Positions 9,051 to 18,322 of a DNA stretch of 61,478 nucleotides are shown here, piece after piece. Position numbers and translations under genes: made by a program. The stretch comes from an uncultured Candidatus Saccharibacteria bacterium (GTDB lineage: Bacteria > Patescibacteriota > Minisyncoccia > Phycocordibacterales > PALSA-1337): the NCBI GenBank assembly GCA_964467225.1, contig CAYXPQ010000004.1, positions 1 through 61,478 of the forward strand. Direction: 5' to 3'. The notes under the pieces were generated by a model. It was not told where the DNA came from and ran no database searches. It worked only from the letters and a program-made list of their open reading frames with translations. Position 1 is the first letter of the stretch. Every line of letters starts with the position of its first letter.

Positions 9051-10898
9051 ATGAACAGCGAAAAAAATCAAACAATAGAAAAGAAAGTAACAGACAACAA
9101 AAGAAGCGAGGGCCGACCTTTTAGAAAGTCTTCTATTAGATCTCATGGTATGAGACCCTCAAGGCCCCCTGAGGCAACGCAAATGCATAAAAAAATAGAA
9201 GATACTATTCCTCCCTTAGCTCCTGATTCAATAAGAATAATACCTTTAGGAGGTGTAGAAGAAATTGGTAAAAATATGACCATGATTGAGTATGGTAATG
9301 ATATTATCGTTGTTGATATTGGTTTCCAATTCAAAGATGAGAATACTCCAGGAATCGATTATATACTTCCAAATACCAAGTACCTAGAAGAAAGAAAAGA
9401 CAGAATAAAAGCAGTTATTATCACTCACGGACACTTAGATCACATAGGAGGTATTCCTTATGTAGTGCCAAGAATCGGCAATCCCCCACTTTATACCAGA
9501 ATGCTTACATCTGTAATGATTAAGAAGAGGCAAGAGGAATTCACCCATGTTCCACCATTGGACATCAAGATTGTTGAGAAAGATGAGACAATAACACTTG
9601 GCTCATTGAAGGTCAAATTCTTTGCAGTTACACACACTATTCCTGACGCAATGGGTGTAATAATTCAAACGCCATTTGGTTCAATCGTCCATACTGGAGA
9701 TCTTAAGCTAGATCATGTTGATGGAATACCCACAGAAGAAGAGAATGATGAATTTGATAAAAAGTTTAAAGACGAGAAGGTTCTTCTATTAATGGCAGAT
9801 TCAACAAATGTTGAAAATCCAGGATTCTCCATACCAGAGAAAACAGTTCACAAAAATATCGAAGAAATAATAAAGAATACAAAAAGCAGATTAATAATTG
9901 CCACATTTGCTTCCCTACTAGAGCGAATGCTTAAGATAATCGAATATGCTGAGAAATACGGCAAAAAGGTGGTAGTAGAAGGTAGAAGTATGAAGACAAA
10001 TATAGAAATTTGCAGAAATCTTGGTTTATTAAAACCTAAAAAAGATACTCTTATAACAGTAGAGGAAATAGATAATCATCCACCTGAGAGAATCATCGTT
10101 CTAGCTACAGGAGCACAAGGAGATGAATTTGCAGCAATGATGAGAATGTCTAATAAGACACACAAATACATAAAAATAACCCCAAGAGATACAATATTAC
10201 TATCATCATCTATTGTTCCAGGTAACGAGAGAGCCGTTCAAAAACTAAAAGATAACTTATCTCGACAAGGAGCAAACATAATCCACTATAGAATTGCTGA
10301 TGTTCACTCATCAGGACATGCTAATAGAGACGAAACAGCATGGATTCATAAAAAAATCAATCCGAAATTCTTCATGCCTGTTCATGGATACCATTACATG
10401 CTAAGAGTCCATGGAGAAATTGCTAAAGACACAAACAAATTAAAAGACGATTCAATCATCATCCCAGACAATGGATCAATTGTAGAAATCAGAGAAAAGG
10501 GTGAAAAAATAGTTAAATTAAAAGAAAAGGCACCTTCAGGAATAGTGATGGTAGATGGATTTTCTGTAGGAGACATACAAGATGTTGTTATTAGAGATAG
10601 GCAAATGCTTGCACAAGACGGTATATTTATAGTCTTTGCAATTATTAATGCCCAGACAGGTAAATTAAAAAAGAGTCCAGATATTATCTCCAGAGGATTT
10701 GTGTATTTACGAGAATCACAAGAACTATTACATCATGCAAGAATAATAATCAAAAACACTGTTGAGGAATCAACAAAAGGAATGAACCCTATCAATGTGG
10801 ATTATATTAAAGCAGCTATTTCAGATAATGTTAGCAAGTTACTACTTCAGAAAACAGCCAAGAGACCCATCGTTATCCCCGTATTACTTACAATATAG
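9051..10898 (+). CDS. rnj: Ribonuclease J (metallo-beta-lactamase/beta-CASP)
   Basis: 615 aa. Motifs IIPLGGVEEIGKNMT, ITHGHLDHIGG, MADSTN and HSSGHA fit the RNase J layout. Confidence 0.9.
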   Translation: MNSEKNQTIEKKVTDNKRSEGRPFRKSSIRSHGMRPSRPPEATQMHKKIEDTIPPLAPDSIRIIPLGGVEEIGKNMTMIEYGNDIIVVDIGFQFKDENTPGIDYILPNTKYLEERKDRIKAVIITHGHLDHIGGIPYVVPRIGNPPLYTRMLTSVMIKKRQEEFTHVPPLDIKIVEKDETITLGSLKVKFFAVTHTIPDAMGVIIQTPFGSIVHTGDLKLDHVDGIPTEEENDEFDKKFKDEKVLLLMADSTNVENPGFSIPEKTVHKNIEEIIKNTKSRLIIATFASLLERMLKIIEYAEKYGKKVVVEGRSMKTNIEICRNLGLLKPKKDTLITVEEIDNHPPERIIVLATGAQGDEFAAMMRMSNKTHKYIKITPRDTILLSSSIVPGNERAVQKLKDNLSRQGANIIHYRIADVHSSGHANRDETAWIHKKINPKFFMPVHGYHYMLRVHGEIAKDTNKLKDDSIIIPDNGSIVEIREKGEKIVKLKEKAPSGIVMVDGFSVGDIQDVVIRDRQMLAQDGIFIVFAIINAQTGKLKKSPDIISRGFVYLRESQELLHHARIIIKNTVEESTKGMNPINVDYIKAAISDNVSKLLLQKTAKRPIVIPVLLTI

Positions 10899-10920
10899 AA
10901 CTACTTAAGATGACTTTTGA

Positions 10921-10929
10921 TGCTATAAT
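10921..10929 (+). promoter_or_regulatory. Extended -10 element TGcTATAAT, 9 nt upstream of the MFS start codon
   Basis: Read directly. TGCTATAAT lies at 10921-10929 and the ATG at 10939. There is no purine-rich SD box between them, which implies a leaderless or near-leaderless mRNA. Confidence 0.45.
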
Positions 10930-10938
10930 TTATAGTAT

Positions 10939-12111
10939 ATGAAGCACTATCCTAATATTGGTAAATCGACCGCACTTTATACGATCGGTTTAGTAGGTTT
11001 CTTCTTGTCATTGCATTTAGCACTACCTTCATATTTCAATTCAAGTTTCTTTTCTCAGTTTACGGATGAAGAAAATCTTGGCTTTATCTATATTATCCAA
11101 TCTATACTAACAATTGTCGGGTTACTATTCATCCATAAAATACTGAGAAAATTTGGTAATTATCGAACATCTTTAGTATTGATTGGAATGCAAATATTAC
11201 TATTTTACGGAATAATAAACTTTAAAGCTGGATATTTGCTTATACCACTGCTTATAGTATCTATTTCTTTAATAAATCTAATAAGTTTTACTCTGGATAT
11301 TTTTTTAGAAAGAAATTCTGATACCAAACATACTGGTACCATAAGAGGACATTATCTGACAGTATCGAATAGTGCATGGATATTGGGGCCCTTGCTTGCA
11401 GGAATGATTATTGTGGATAATGGCTATAAAGGCATCTATATTGCTGCTTTTGGATTACTTTTCCCTATTTTTTATTTAATATATAGAAATTTCAAAAAGT
11501 TTAAAGATCCACATTACCCCAAGATCTCCCTAATCGAATCTGTATTACTAATAATAAATGACAAAGACTTATTTAAATTGACAATTATTAATATCACATT
11601 GCAGGTTTTTTATGCATGGATGACTATTTATACTCCAATATTTCTCAACAAAGTAATCGGATTCTCCTGGACTGAAATAAGTATTATATTTACTATAATG
11701 CTCATACCTTTTGTACTAATAGAAAAACCCTTAGGTAGATTAGCTGACAGAAAGTATGGTGAGAAAGAAATTATGGCAATCGGTTATATAATAATGGGTA
11801 TATCTACTATTATACTAAGTTTTATAACAGTAAAGAACTTAGTAATATGGACAACAGTCCTATTTATAACAAGAATTGGTGCTGCGGCTGCAGAAGCAAT
11901 GATTGAAACTTATTTCTTCAAAAAAGTTGATGCAAAGGATTCAGAAATATTAAGTATATTTAGAATAACAAGACCACTATCTTTCTTTATCGCACCATTA
12001 GTAACGGTTACATCTCTAATGTTTGTATCTAATATCTATCTTTTTGCAATTATTGGATCACTATGTCTAATCACATTAATACCGATTGCATTCATAAAGG
12101 ATACTCAGTAG
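10939..12111 (+). CDS. MFS transporter
   Basis: 390 aa with about 12 predicted TM segments and an MFS-like loop GRLADRKYGEKE between helices. Confidence 0.7.
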   Translation: MKHYPNIGKSTALYTIGLVGFFLSLHLALPSYFNSSFFSQFTDEENLGFIYIIQSILTIVGLLFIHKILRKFGNYRTSLVLIGMQILLFYGIINFKAGYLLIPLLIVSISLINLISFTLDIFLERNSDTKHTGTIRGHYLTVSNSAWILGPLLAGMIIVDNGYKGIYIAAFGLLFPIFYLIYRNFKKFKDPHYPKISLIESVLLIINDKDLFKLTIINITLQVFYAWMTIYTPIFLNKVIGFSWTEISIIFTIMLIPFVLIEKPLGRLADRKYGEKEIMAIGYIIMGISTIILSFITVKNLVIWTTVLFITRIGAAAAEAMIETYFFKKVDAKDSEILSIFRITRPLSFFIAPLVTVTSLMFVSNIYLFAIIGSLCLITLIPIAFIKDTQ

Positions 12112-12119
12112 TTATTGAG

Positions 12120-14375
12120 TTATATTTTTTTACCTTCTTCAATTTGCTTTATAGCTGCATCAATCTCTTTATTAAATTGAGGAGATAAGGTCTTAAGAAC
12201 TTTTAACTCATTAATTGCTTTTTGTAACTGATTGCTAATATAGTATACTGAAGCAAGTCTTGAACGAGCATCTATATCATTAGGATTCTTAATTAGAACA
12301 TCTCTATAAGCTGCTATAGCTTTATCATATTGCTTATTTTTAACATATAAACTTATTATTCTTTGATCAGTAAAAAGTTCTGGATTATTTGGGAATAATT
12401 CTTTAGCCTTTTTCTCTTCTCCATTATTTATTAGTGTTATTACATATACGGATTGAGCCATTGGATAATCTGGAGCAAGTTCATAAGCTTGTTTAGCTAT
12501 TTCTACAGCTTCCTTAGGTTTATTAGTATTTACATAATTTATAGCCAGATCAAACATTGGTGTTTGTTTCATTGGAGATAACTCTCTGGCTTTTAGTATT
12601 AATGGGAGCGCAGAATTCCAATCTCCAATTCCATTAAAGAATGAACTGCCGAGTATATATATTCTTGCATCATTAGGTGTAGTCTTTATTTGATTATCGA
12701 TTTCGTTCTTTGTTAGAATGAAGAATTCATCTTTTATCTTTGGTGCTATAGCATCACTAAGAATTACATTTATAGAACAAGCAATCAATTGTTCTCTGAT
12801 CTCTTGATTTAGTGTTGTCTGATTTAGACTTAATGCTCTTTCAAAATATTTTATTGAAGGATTTCCACCATTAGAACAAGATCGGAGAACATCTATCAAT
12901 CTAACATTTGCTTGTATATTTCTTATATTAACAAAATATAATGTAACCAATAACAGAATCACTATTATTGGAACAAATATATAGTCTCTTACAGTAATAT
13001 AATCTTCTGTGATTGGCTTATCAGATCTATTAAATATAGACAATCTCTTGCTTTCCCTAAATGAGTGTATAAATGCTAAGAAAGTAAAGAACATTACATA
13101 ACTTGTCTGATTATCGAAAACGAAAACATTGTGAATACTATAACCTACAAGCAGACCGACAAGCGCGGACTTTTGGCCTAAAGTTAAATTACTTCTTAAG
13201 ATATAAATAAAAGAAGTTATATATAATGAAAGATATAATATAAAGCCTAGTAATCCTCCCGCAATTAACCAGTCCAAGTAAACATTGTGTGCTCTATCAA
13301 ACCATAATTCGTGAGCCCACATTTTGGGATTATAATTTTTGTTGAAAACATAATTGAAATTCTCTTGCCCCCATCCTATCAATGATGTCTTGACTGTCTC
13401 AAAAGAACCACTTATTGCCATTGGCCATATATAACCTCTTGCTTGAGTTCTAGTATCCTTGATAGATATAGATGCAAGTCTACTTAATACTTCACTATTT
13501 TTAATCCATACTGCATCCTTATTTAAATAAAATGCTGTAGTCAAGACAATAATTAACAATATTACTCCTCCAAATATAGCTCTAGATAAATTTGATTGGC
13601 CTTTCTCTTTCCTGCCCCATACTGCATATATAAAACAAGCAACTATTATGCCAGCAACCCAACCTATAATAGTTCCTCTTGTAGCTGTTTGAAATAGAAT
13701 GAAAGAAAATAATACAGATAGAACAGAATATATATAGAATAGTATTTTGTTTTTTGGAAAATTAACTATAGCAAAATATGCTGAAACAAAAACATGTATC
13801 AACATATAAACAGCCATATACGCTGAGTTACCTAGAGAAGCATCAATTCTACTTGAACCTTGATGAATTTGTGCCCAACCAAAATATTGAAATAGACCAT
13901 AAATTGCAGTTATGGTTCCCGCAATGATAGTTACATTCAAAAATCTATGCCAATTCTTTCTTAACTCTTCACCTACACCAAATACACTAGACAAAATAAG
14001 GAAATAGCCCCATAGATGAATGATTGTCATCCAACCTTCCATTCTCTCAGAATTTGACCAAATACTTCTCAGAGGATTCATTCCAGCAAGATCAGCAATA
14101 AGGACAACAAGAGTAAATACTGTAATTAATATTGTGATTAGATTGATCCTTGGAGCCACACTTCTATCACTACTATATGCATTGGTACCCTTTTCCCTTA
14201 AGATTAGGACAAGCCATATAGCAAATACCAATTCAACTATAATTCTGAAAGCAAAAGCTTTACCTGTTATAAATGGGAAAAATAGCGGATTAGCTATGTA
14301 TAAAGGTATAAACATTACAAAGGACAAACCGGTAATAATCGCGTACTTTAATATCGTATTGATTGTATTTTGCAT
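12120..14375 (-). CDS. O-antigen ligase-like (Wzy_C) polytopic membrane protein with a C-terminal TPR domain
   Basis: 751 aa. The N-terminal roughly 480 aa are polytopic with a large loop (ASLGNSAYMAVYM, TATRGTIIG). The C-terminal roughly 250 aa show TPR-like repeats (AINYVNTNKPKEAVEIAKQAYELAPDY, YDKAIAAYRDVLIKNPND). Confidence 0.7.
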   Translation of the reverse strand: MQNTINTILKYAIITGLSFVMFIPLYIANPLFFPFITGKAFAFRIIVELVFAIWLVLILREKGTNAYSSDRSVAPRINLITILITVFTLVVLIADLAGMNPLRSIWSNSERMEGWMTIIHLWGYFLILSSVFGVGEELRKNWHRFLNVTIIAGTITAIYGLFQYFGWAQIHQGSSRIDASLGNSAYMAVYMLIHVFVSAYFAIVNFPKNKILFYIYSVLSVLFSFILFQTATRGTIIGWVAGIIVACFIYAVWGRKEKGQSNLSRAIFGGVILLIIVLTTAFYLNKDAVWIKNSEVLSRLASISIKDTRTQARGYIWPMAISGSFETVKTSLIGWGQENFNYVFNKNYNPKMWAHELWFDRAHNVYLDWLIAGGLLGFILYLSLYITSFIYILRSNLTLGQKSALVGLLVGYSIHNVFVFDNQTSYVMFFTFLAFIHSFRESKRLSIFNRSDKPITEDYITVRDYIFVPIIVILLLVTLYFVNIRNIQANVRLIDVLRSCSNGGNPSIKYFERALSLNQTTLNQEIREQLIACSINVILSDAIAPKIKDEFFILTKNEIDNQIKTTPNDARIYILGSSFFNGIGDWNSALPLILKARELSPMKQTPMFDLAINYVNTNKPKEAVEIAKQAYELAPDYPMAQSVYVITLINNGEEKKAKELFPNNPELFTDQRIISLYVKNKQYDKAIAAYRDVLIKNPNDIDARSRLASVYYISNQLQKAINELKVLKTLSPQFNKEIDAAIKQIEEGKKI

Positions 14376-14385
14376 AATGCAAGCA

Positions 14386-15357
14386 TCATATCATATTTGA
14401 TAGCTTCTTTGCTATAAATACATCAGTATCTCGTCTTGATTCATGTGTCATACCACCAATATGAGGGACTATTAGAATATTTGGATTAGTCTTAGCATGT
14501 TTTACAACAATATGCTCTGAACAGTTATTGTTAACAAATGCCAATTCACCATCCAATACATCTGTCGCATAGCCAGCAATCCTTTTCTTTTTAATTGCAT
14601 CAATAATATCTTTTTCGTGAACTATTTTACCTCTTGAAGTATTGATAATGTAAGCCGATGATTTCATTTTAGCAATCGCATCCTTATTGAACATATATTC
14701 AGTCTCGGGTGTAAGATGAACATGAATAGAAATATAGTCACTTTCTTTTAATAATTCATCAAAATCAACTTTCTTATATTCAAAAGTATGATTATTGTCT
14801 ATTTTCGGATCATAAAATATCACTCTTTTGCCCAATGCCTTTCCATATCGTGCCATCATCTTGCCCAATCTTCCCAATCCTACTATTCCCAATGTCTGAC
14901 CATACAATGAATGACCTTTGAATTTCTCTCGGTCCCATTCTCCGTTTAGGACTGCAGGATAAGCTATGTGCATATTTCTTGCCAAACTTATCATTAATCC
15001 TAATGCCAATTCTGCTGTACCTGTAATAGTATCTAGAAATTCATTCTCTCCTCTCAAACTCAGAATCTTGATTCCCTTCTCCTCAGCGAATTTCATGTCT
15101 ATATGATCTAATCCTGTTGTGGCTGTAGCTATAGCTTTTAGCTTTTTTACCTTAGACAATACTTCTTTATCAAAATTTAATCCTAAACCACAAAGTACAT
15201 AATCATAGTCTCCAATTATTTTTAACAATTGCTTCTGACTAGGTATTTTGTAATCAACCTTACCAACTTTATCAAGTATTTCCTTGGCTTTAGGGTCAAA
15301 TACCTTTCCTATTGTGTTTAGTATTCTCTTTTTCATTAGGAATACATTATGTATCAA
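14386..15357 (-). CDS. D-isomer-specific 2-hydroxyacid dehydrogenase family protein (PGDH/GyaR-like)
   Basis: 323 aa. NAD-binding GIVGLGRLGKMMARYGKALGKRVIFYD, catalytic region NTSRGKIV and PHIGGMT. Confidence 0.85.
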   Translation of the reverse strand: MIHNVFLMKKRILNTIGKVFDPKAKEILDKVGKVDYKIPSQKQLLKIIGDYDYVLCGLGLNFDKEVLSKVKKLKAIATATTGLDHIDMKFAEEKGIKILSLRGENEFLDTITGTAELALGLMISLARNMHIAYPAVLNGEWDREKFKGHSLYGQTLGIVGLGRLGKMMARYGKALGKRVIFYDPKIDNNHTFEYKKVDFDELLKESDYISIHVHLTPETEYMFNKDAIAKMKSSAYIINTSRGKIVHEKDIIDAIKKKRIAGYATDVLDGELAFVNNNCSEHIVVKHAKTNPNILIVPHIGGMTHESRRDTDVFIAKKLSNMI

Positions 15358-15393
15358 ATACAGTAAAATGCAACTATATATATTATAAAAATT

Positions 15394-15419
15394 AAAGGCC
15401 TGACATACATCAGACCTTT
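15394..15419 (-). terminator. Hairpin terminator downstream of the mid-GC gene
   Basis: Plus strand reads AAAGGCCTGA-CATACA-TCAGACCTTT. On the minus-strand RNA this is a 10-bp stem with one G-U pair, followed by UUAAUUUUUAUAAU. It lies 33 nt past the stop at 15452. Confidence 0.5.
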
Positions 15420-15451
15420 GGAATCATTTGGTGGATTCAGACACCCTAACT

Positions 15452-16474
15452 TTAGTGAGTCAGAACAGCAACCTTCTCGATCGCCTCGATCATCTTCTCG
15501 AGAGCGATACCCATGCGAGCGGGTTTGGGATACAATACCTCCAACCTACTGCGGTAATCATTGTCCTCACCCCTGATCCTCGACGTTATGGTCCCAAGAT
15601 CGTTGGAATTCTGGTAGAGCAGTGCTGCGCCTTGCTCACACAGAGGCCAGAGCCGAGAGCCAGTGGTCTTCTCTAATCGGGCCAAGGCGATGTCACTAAA
15701 CCAGTCCACGACTGGTATCCTCTGGCAGACTGCTTCGATACCGATGGTAGAGGCTGATTCGAAAACAACATCTGATCCTGGAATCAGATCAGGCCCAGAC
15801 ATCTGATCCTTAGTAATGAATCGAATATTGACTTTCGAAGCCCTACAGACAGGTCCATAATAATCTTCAAGAGAAGTTATGTCACTGGGATGAGGACTGA
15901 TGATAACCACCCCAACCCCAGTCTGACCTGCGACCTCAATGGCTTTCTGACCATGGAGGATATTCACCTCCTTGCTCTTACCCCAAGGACAGAGCATGAC
16001 CCGCTCACCGTTATCGATCCCCAAGGTAAGCCGAACCATTTCCCGCGTTTTCGTCGGGAAAAAGAACTTGTCCCAGCAAGGATTGCCAGTGACAACCACT
16101 GTAGCACTGGGGAACTTGGCTTGAGCAAGACCTGCTTCTTCTTCGTTGAGAACGAAAATGGTAGCTCTGCTCATCATAGTCGCAATACGATTCTCGAACC
16201 AAGGACGATTCCAGGATCCGAATGTATCAGCAACATAGATTGCTCCGACACCATGAGCGCATGCCTCTCCTGACACCTGAATCTCATTACTGGCAAGTTC
16301 CTCAGAAGAAGACATACCAACAATGAGTAGACCAGAACCTGCGATTGATTCAGGCTTGGACTCACCACTGAAAAAGGTCTTCACCTCAGCCCCCTTCTTC
16401 CCCATTGCTTCAACAAGAAGCTTGAGAATATTAGTAGGACCGATGTCTGTTGCACCGACAAATACAGTTTTCAT
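15452..16474 (-). CDS. Hypothetical two-Rossmann-domain protein, possibly a GT-B fold (MurG/PseG-like) glycosyltransferase or hydrolase. The composition looks foreign (about 50% GC).
   Basis: 340-aa ORF. One counted line (15481-15540) has 32/60 G+C, against roughly 17/60 estimated by eye for the flanks. The protein is G/A/V/E-rich, unlike its K/N/I-rich neighbours. N-terminal KTVFVGATDIGPTN and C-terminal SDVVFESASTIGIEAVCQRIPVV resemble the GT-B nucleotide-sugar-binding half. The functional call is weak. Confidence 0.65.
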   Translation of the reverse strand: MKTVFVGATDIGPTNILKLLVEAMGKKGAEVKTFFSGESKPESIAGSGLLIVGMSSSEELASNEIQVSGEACAHGVGAIYVADTFGSWNRPWFENRIATMMSRATIFVLNEEEAGLAQAKFPSATVVVTGNPCWDKFFFPTKTREMVRLTLGIDNGERVMLCPWGKSKEVNILHGQKAIEVAGQTGVGVVIISPHPSDITSLEDYYGPVCRASKVNIRFITKDQMSGPDLIPGSDVVFESASTIGIEAVCQRIPVVDWFSDIALARLEKTTGSRLWPLCEQGAALLYQNSNDLGTITSRIRGEDNDYRSRLEVLYPKPARMGIALEKMIEAIEKVAVLTH

Positions 16475-16546
16475 AACTCTGTTCTATCAGCTTTTCAACT
16501 TTTTGGTTCGTTGTTTTAGTTGACTAACAAAAGACTATCCATTCGG

Positions 16547-16584
16547 ACACTATCATGATTTGATAGATGAGTCAATGGTTGACT
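16547..16584 (-). promoter_or_regulatory. Putative promoter TTGACT-17 nt-TAGTGT for the mid-GC gene, overlapping the perfect palindrome AGTCAAtggTTGACT
   Basis: The minus strand reads TTGACT (16575-16570), a 17-nt spacer, then TAGTGT (16552-16547). The plus strand at 16570-16584 reads AGTCAATGGTTGACT (6-3-6 inverted repeat). A further GTTGACT lies at 16519-16525. Confidence 0.4.
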
Positions 16585-16696
16585 TAATTTAGCATAAATA
16601 TATAATAATATTAATAATGTTCGTGGTCATTTTGTGATGCACAACAATATGATACGATCGGCATTGAAGCTGGTGGCGAACAATATCAAAACCTCT

Positions 16697-17077
16697 TTAT
16701 GAGGTTTTGTGCTTTTTAGCCATAACACTTAAAAAATATTTAACACCTGTCCCTTTTTGACAAATTACAACAGTTATACACATACCATTTTTAATACTGA
16801 CAAGAGACCAAAATTTAGTATCACCATTATCTCTGAATTCATTATATTTTTGTGATTCTCTCACTATATCTACTACATCTTGAATTAGAATCAATCTGTT
16901 AATCTGATCACTCTTATTTCTTCTATCACCCTTCTTATACAATAAATGCTGGAATCCTTTTCTATTAAAAAATATTTTTTCATTATTTAATGCAGGACAC
17001 TCAATACACTTAATACCTTTATAAATTTCTTTTGCTTTTTTAATTAGTACTTTATAACCTTCATTTAGCATTAACAA
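16697..17077 (-). CDS. Hypothetical protein (126 aa), no family recognised
   Basis: ORF with native AT-rich composition. The stop codon is embedded in the hairpin AAAACCTC-TTTAT-GAGGTTTT (about 16688-16708). Confidence 0.5.
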   Translation of the reverse strand: MLMLNEGYKVLIKKAKEIYKGIKCIECPALNNEKIFFNRKGFQHLLYKKGDRRNKSDQINRLILIQDVVDIVRESQKYNEFRDNGDTKFWSLVSIKNGMCITVVICQKGTGVKYFLSVMAKKHKTS

Positions 17078-17165
17078 AGAGTAACAAAACAGGTATTAAG
17101 AAAAGCTTAAGAAAAGTACTGTTTTTCAGCATTCAACAATAGTTTCTATAAAAATTCAATAGCAA

Positions 17166-17612
17166 TTAGCCAACCTTCGGTACCTTGATTATCACCAACC
17201 TAGCCCTACTCTTTGTCATATGTTGATGTGGCTCACCTGCAGGTATCCATAGCCAATCTCCAGGTCTTAATACAACCTCAGTTCCACCCTTTATTTCCTT
17301 TGCTTTCCATTCTCTATCATCTGTACTTCCATCAGCATTTGTCTTTACCCAAGGATTGACCATCTCCCCTCCATAAATAAATGTTACTTCCCCATCAAGA
17401 CACATCCATAGATCAGCTTCGTGCTTATGTACTTCTGCATCATTTACTATATTTACATCTTCTAGAATATTAAATGGTACTTTATTTAAATTTGAAAAGG
17501 ATTTTAGGGGCTCAAGTAATTTCTTTACTGGATCAATAGAATATTCATTCTGCAAATTAGAATCAATCGCTTCTTTTTTAATTAATACGCATTTTGAATT
17601 ATTAGAATTCAT
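17166..17612 (-). CDS. Cupin-domain protein, last gene of the nonulosonic-acid operon
   Basis: 148 aa. HKHEADLWMCLDGEVTF and GDWLWIPAGEPHQH are the two cupin motifs. The start overlaps the neuA-like gene by 11 nt. Confidence 0.7.
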   Translation of the reverse strand: MNSNNSKCVLIKKEAIDSNLQNEYSIDPVKKLLEPLKSFSNLNKVPFNILEDVNIVNDAEVHKHEADLWMCLDGEVTFIYGGEMVNPWVKTNADGSTDDREWKAKEIKGGTEVVLRPGDWLWIPAGEPHQHMTKSRARLVIIKVPKVG

Positions 17613-18318
17613 AGCTTTTTTTCCTTAATTCTTCTAACATATATTCTGCTTGTATCCAATCTAGAGGATAATCTATATCTATTGATCTTTCTTTAGGTAC
17701 AACATGTCCCACAATATTATCTCCATAAAGTCTATTATCTTTCATAATTAAATCTCTTCTCATAGAATACACCGCCCCGCTTCTTCTGTACGCTATTGGC
17801 AAGTCCTGCCTTCTGGTACCCTCTATTTCAGGAATAGAATAAGGTAAAACTTTATCGCCTTCTAATTTCTTAATCTTAATTGGATTTGCACTACTTGGAA
17901 CTTCTACTAATGAGACTGAACTATCAGCACCAGAATCAATTAATTTTTGTAATGTCATATCTATATCTTCAGCAAGTCTAAATGGTGAAGTTGGCTGAAG
18001 TATAACCACATAATCAATTATTAAATTATTTGCCTTCTCATAGAAATCTATAGCATGTTGCATAACAGGTACATGAGGTGTACCATCTTGAGCCAATTCG
18101 GCTGGCCTCATAAATGGAACACTTGCGCCATACTTTATACAGACATCTGCTATATCCTTATCATCAGTAGAGACTATCAAGTGATTTATTAATTTACTTT
18201 TTTTAGAAGCGTCTATTGTATATGCTATAAGTGGCTTACCGCCAAGTGGCTTAATATTTTTAAAAGGAATTCCCTTTGATCCTCCTCTTGCTGTTATTAC
18301 TCCAAGTATATTTTTCAT
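17602..18318 (-). CDS. neuA: Acylneuraminate (nonulosonate) cytidylyltransferase, CMP-NulO synthetase
   Basis: 238 aa. GVITARGGSKGIPFKNIKPLGGKPLIAYTI and LQPTSPFR are hallmark CTP_transf_3 motifs. Confidence 0.85.
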   Translation of the reverse strand: MKNILGVITARGGSKGIPFKNIKPLGGKPLIAYTIDASKKSKLINHLIVSTDDKDIADVCIKYGASVPFMRPAELAQDGTPHVPVMQHAIDFYEKANNLIIDYVVILQPTSPFRLAEDIDMTLQKLIDSGADSSVSLVEVPSSANPIKIKKLEGDKVLPYSIPEIEGTRRQDLPIAYRRSGAVYSMRRDLIMKDNRLYGDNIVGHVVPKERSIDIDYPLDWIQAEYMLEELRKKSYEF

Positions 18319-18322
18319 ATTT

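Noticed and set aside
15428-16523. Five additional ORFs (15428-15676+, 15890-16273+, 16011-16202-, 16174-16368-, 16323-16523+) overlapping the mid-GC gene.
   Set aside because: Stop codons are rare in GC-richer DNA, so spurious ORFs appear in all frames. Only the 340-aa frame spans the island and gives a globular, domain-like sequence.
17086-17125. An imperfect hairpin (AAAACAGGTA ... TACTGTTTT, with a 21-nt loop) after the cupin gene, considered as an operon terminator.
   Set aside because: The stem is A/T-rich with a bulge and the loop is very large. It is too weak to annotate confidently.
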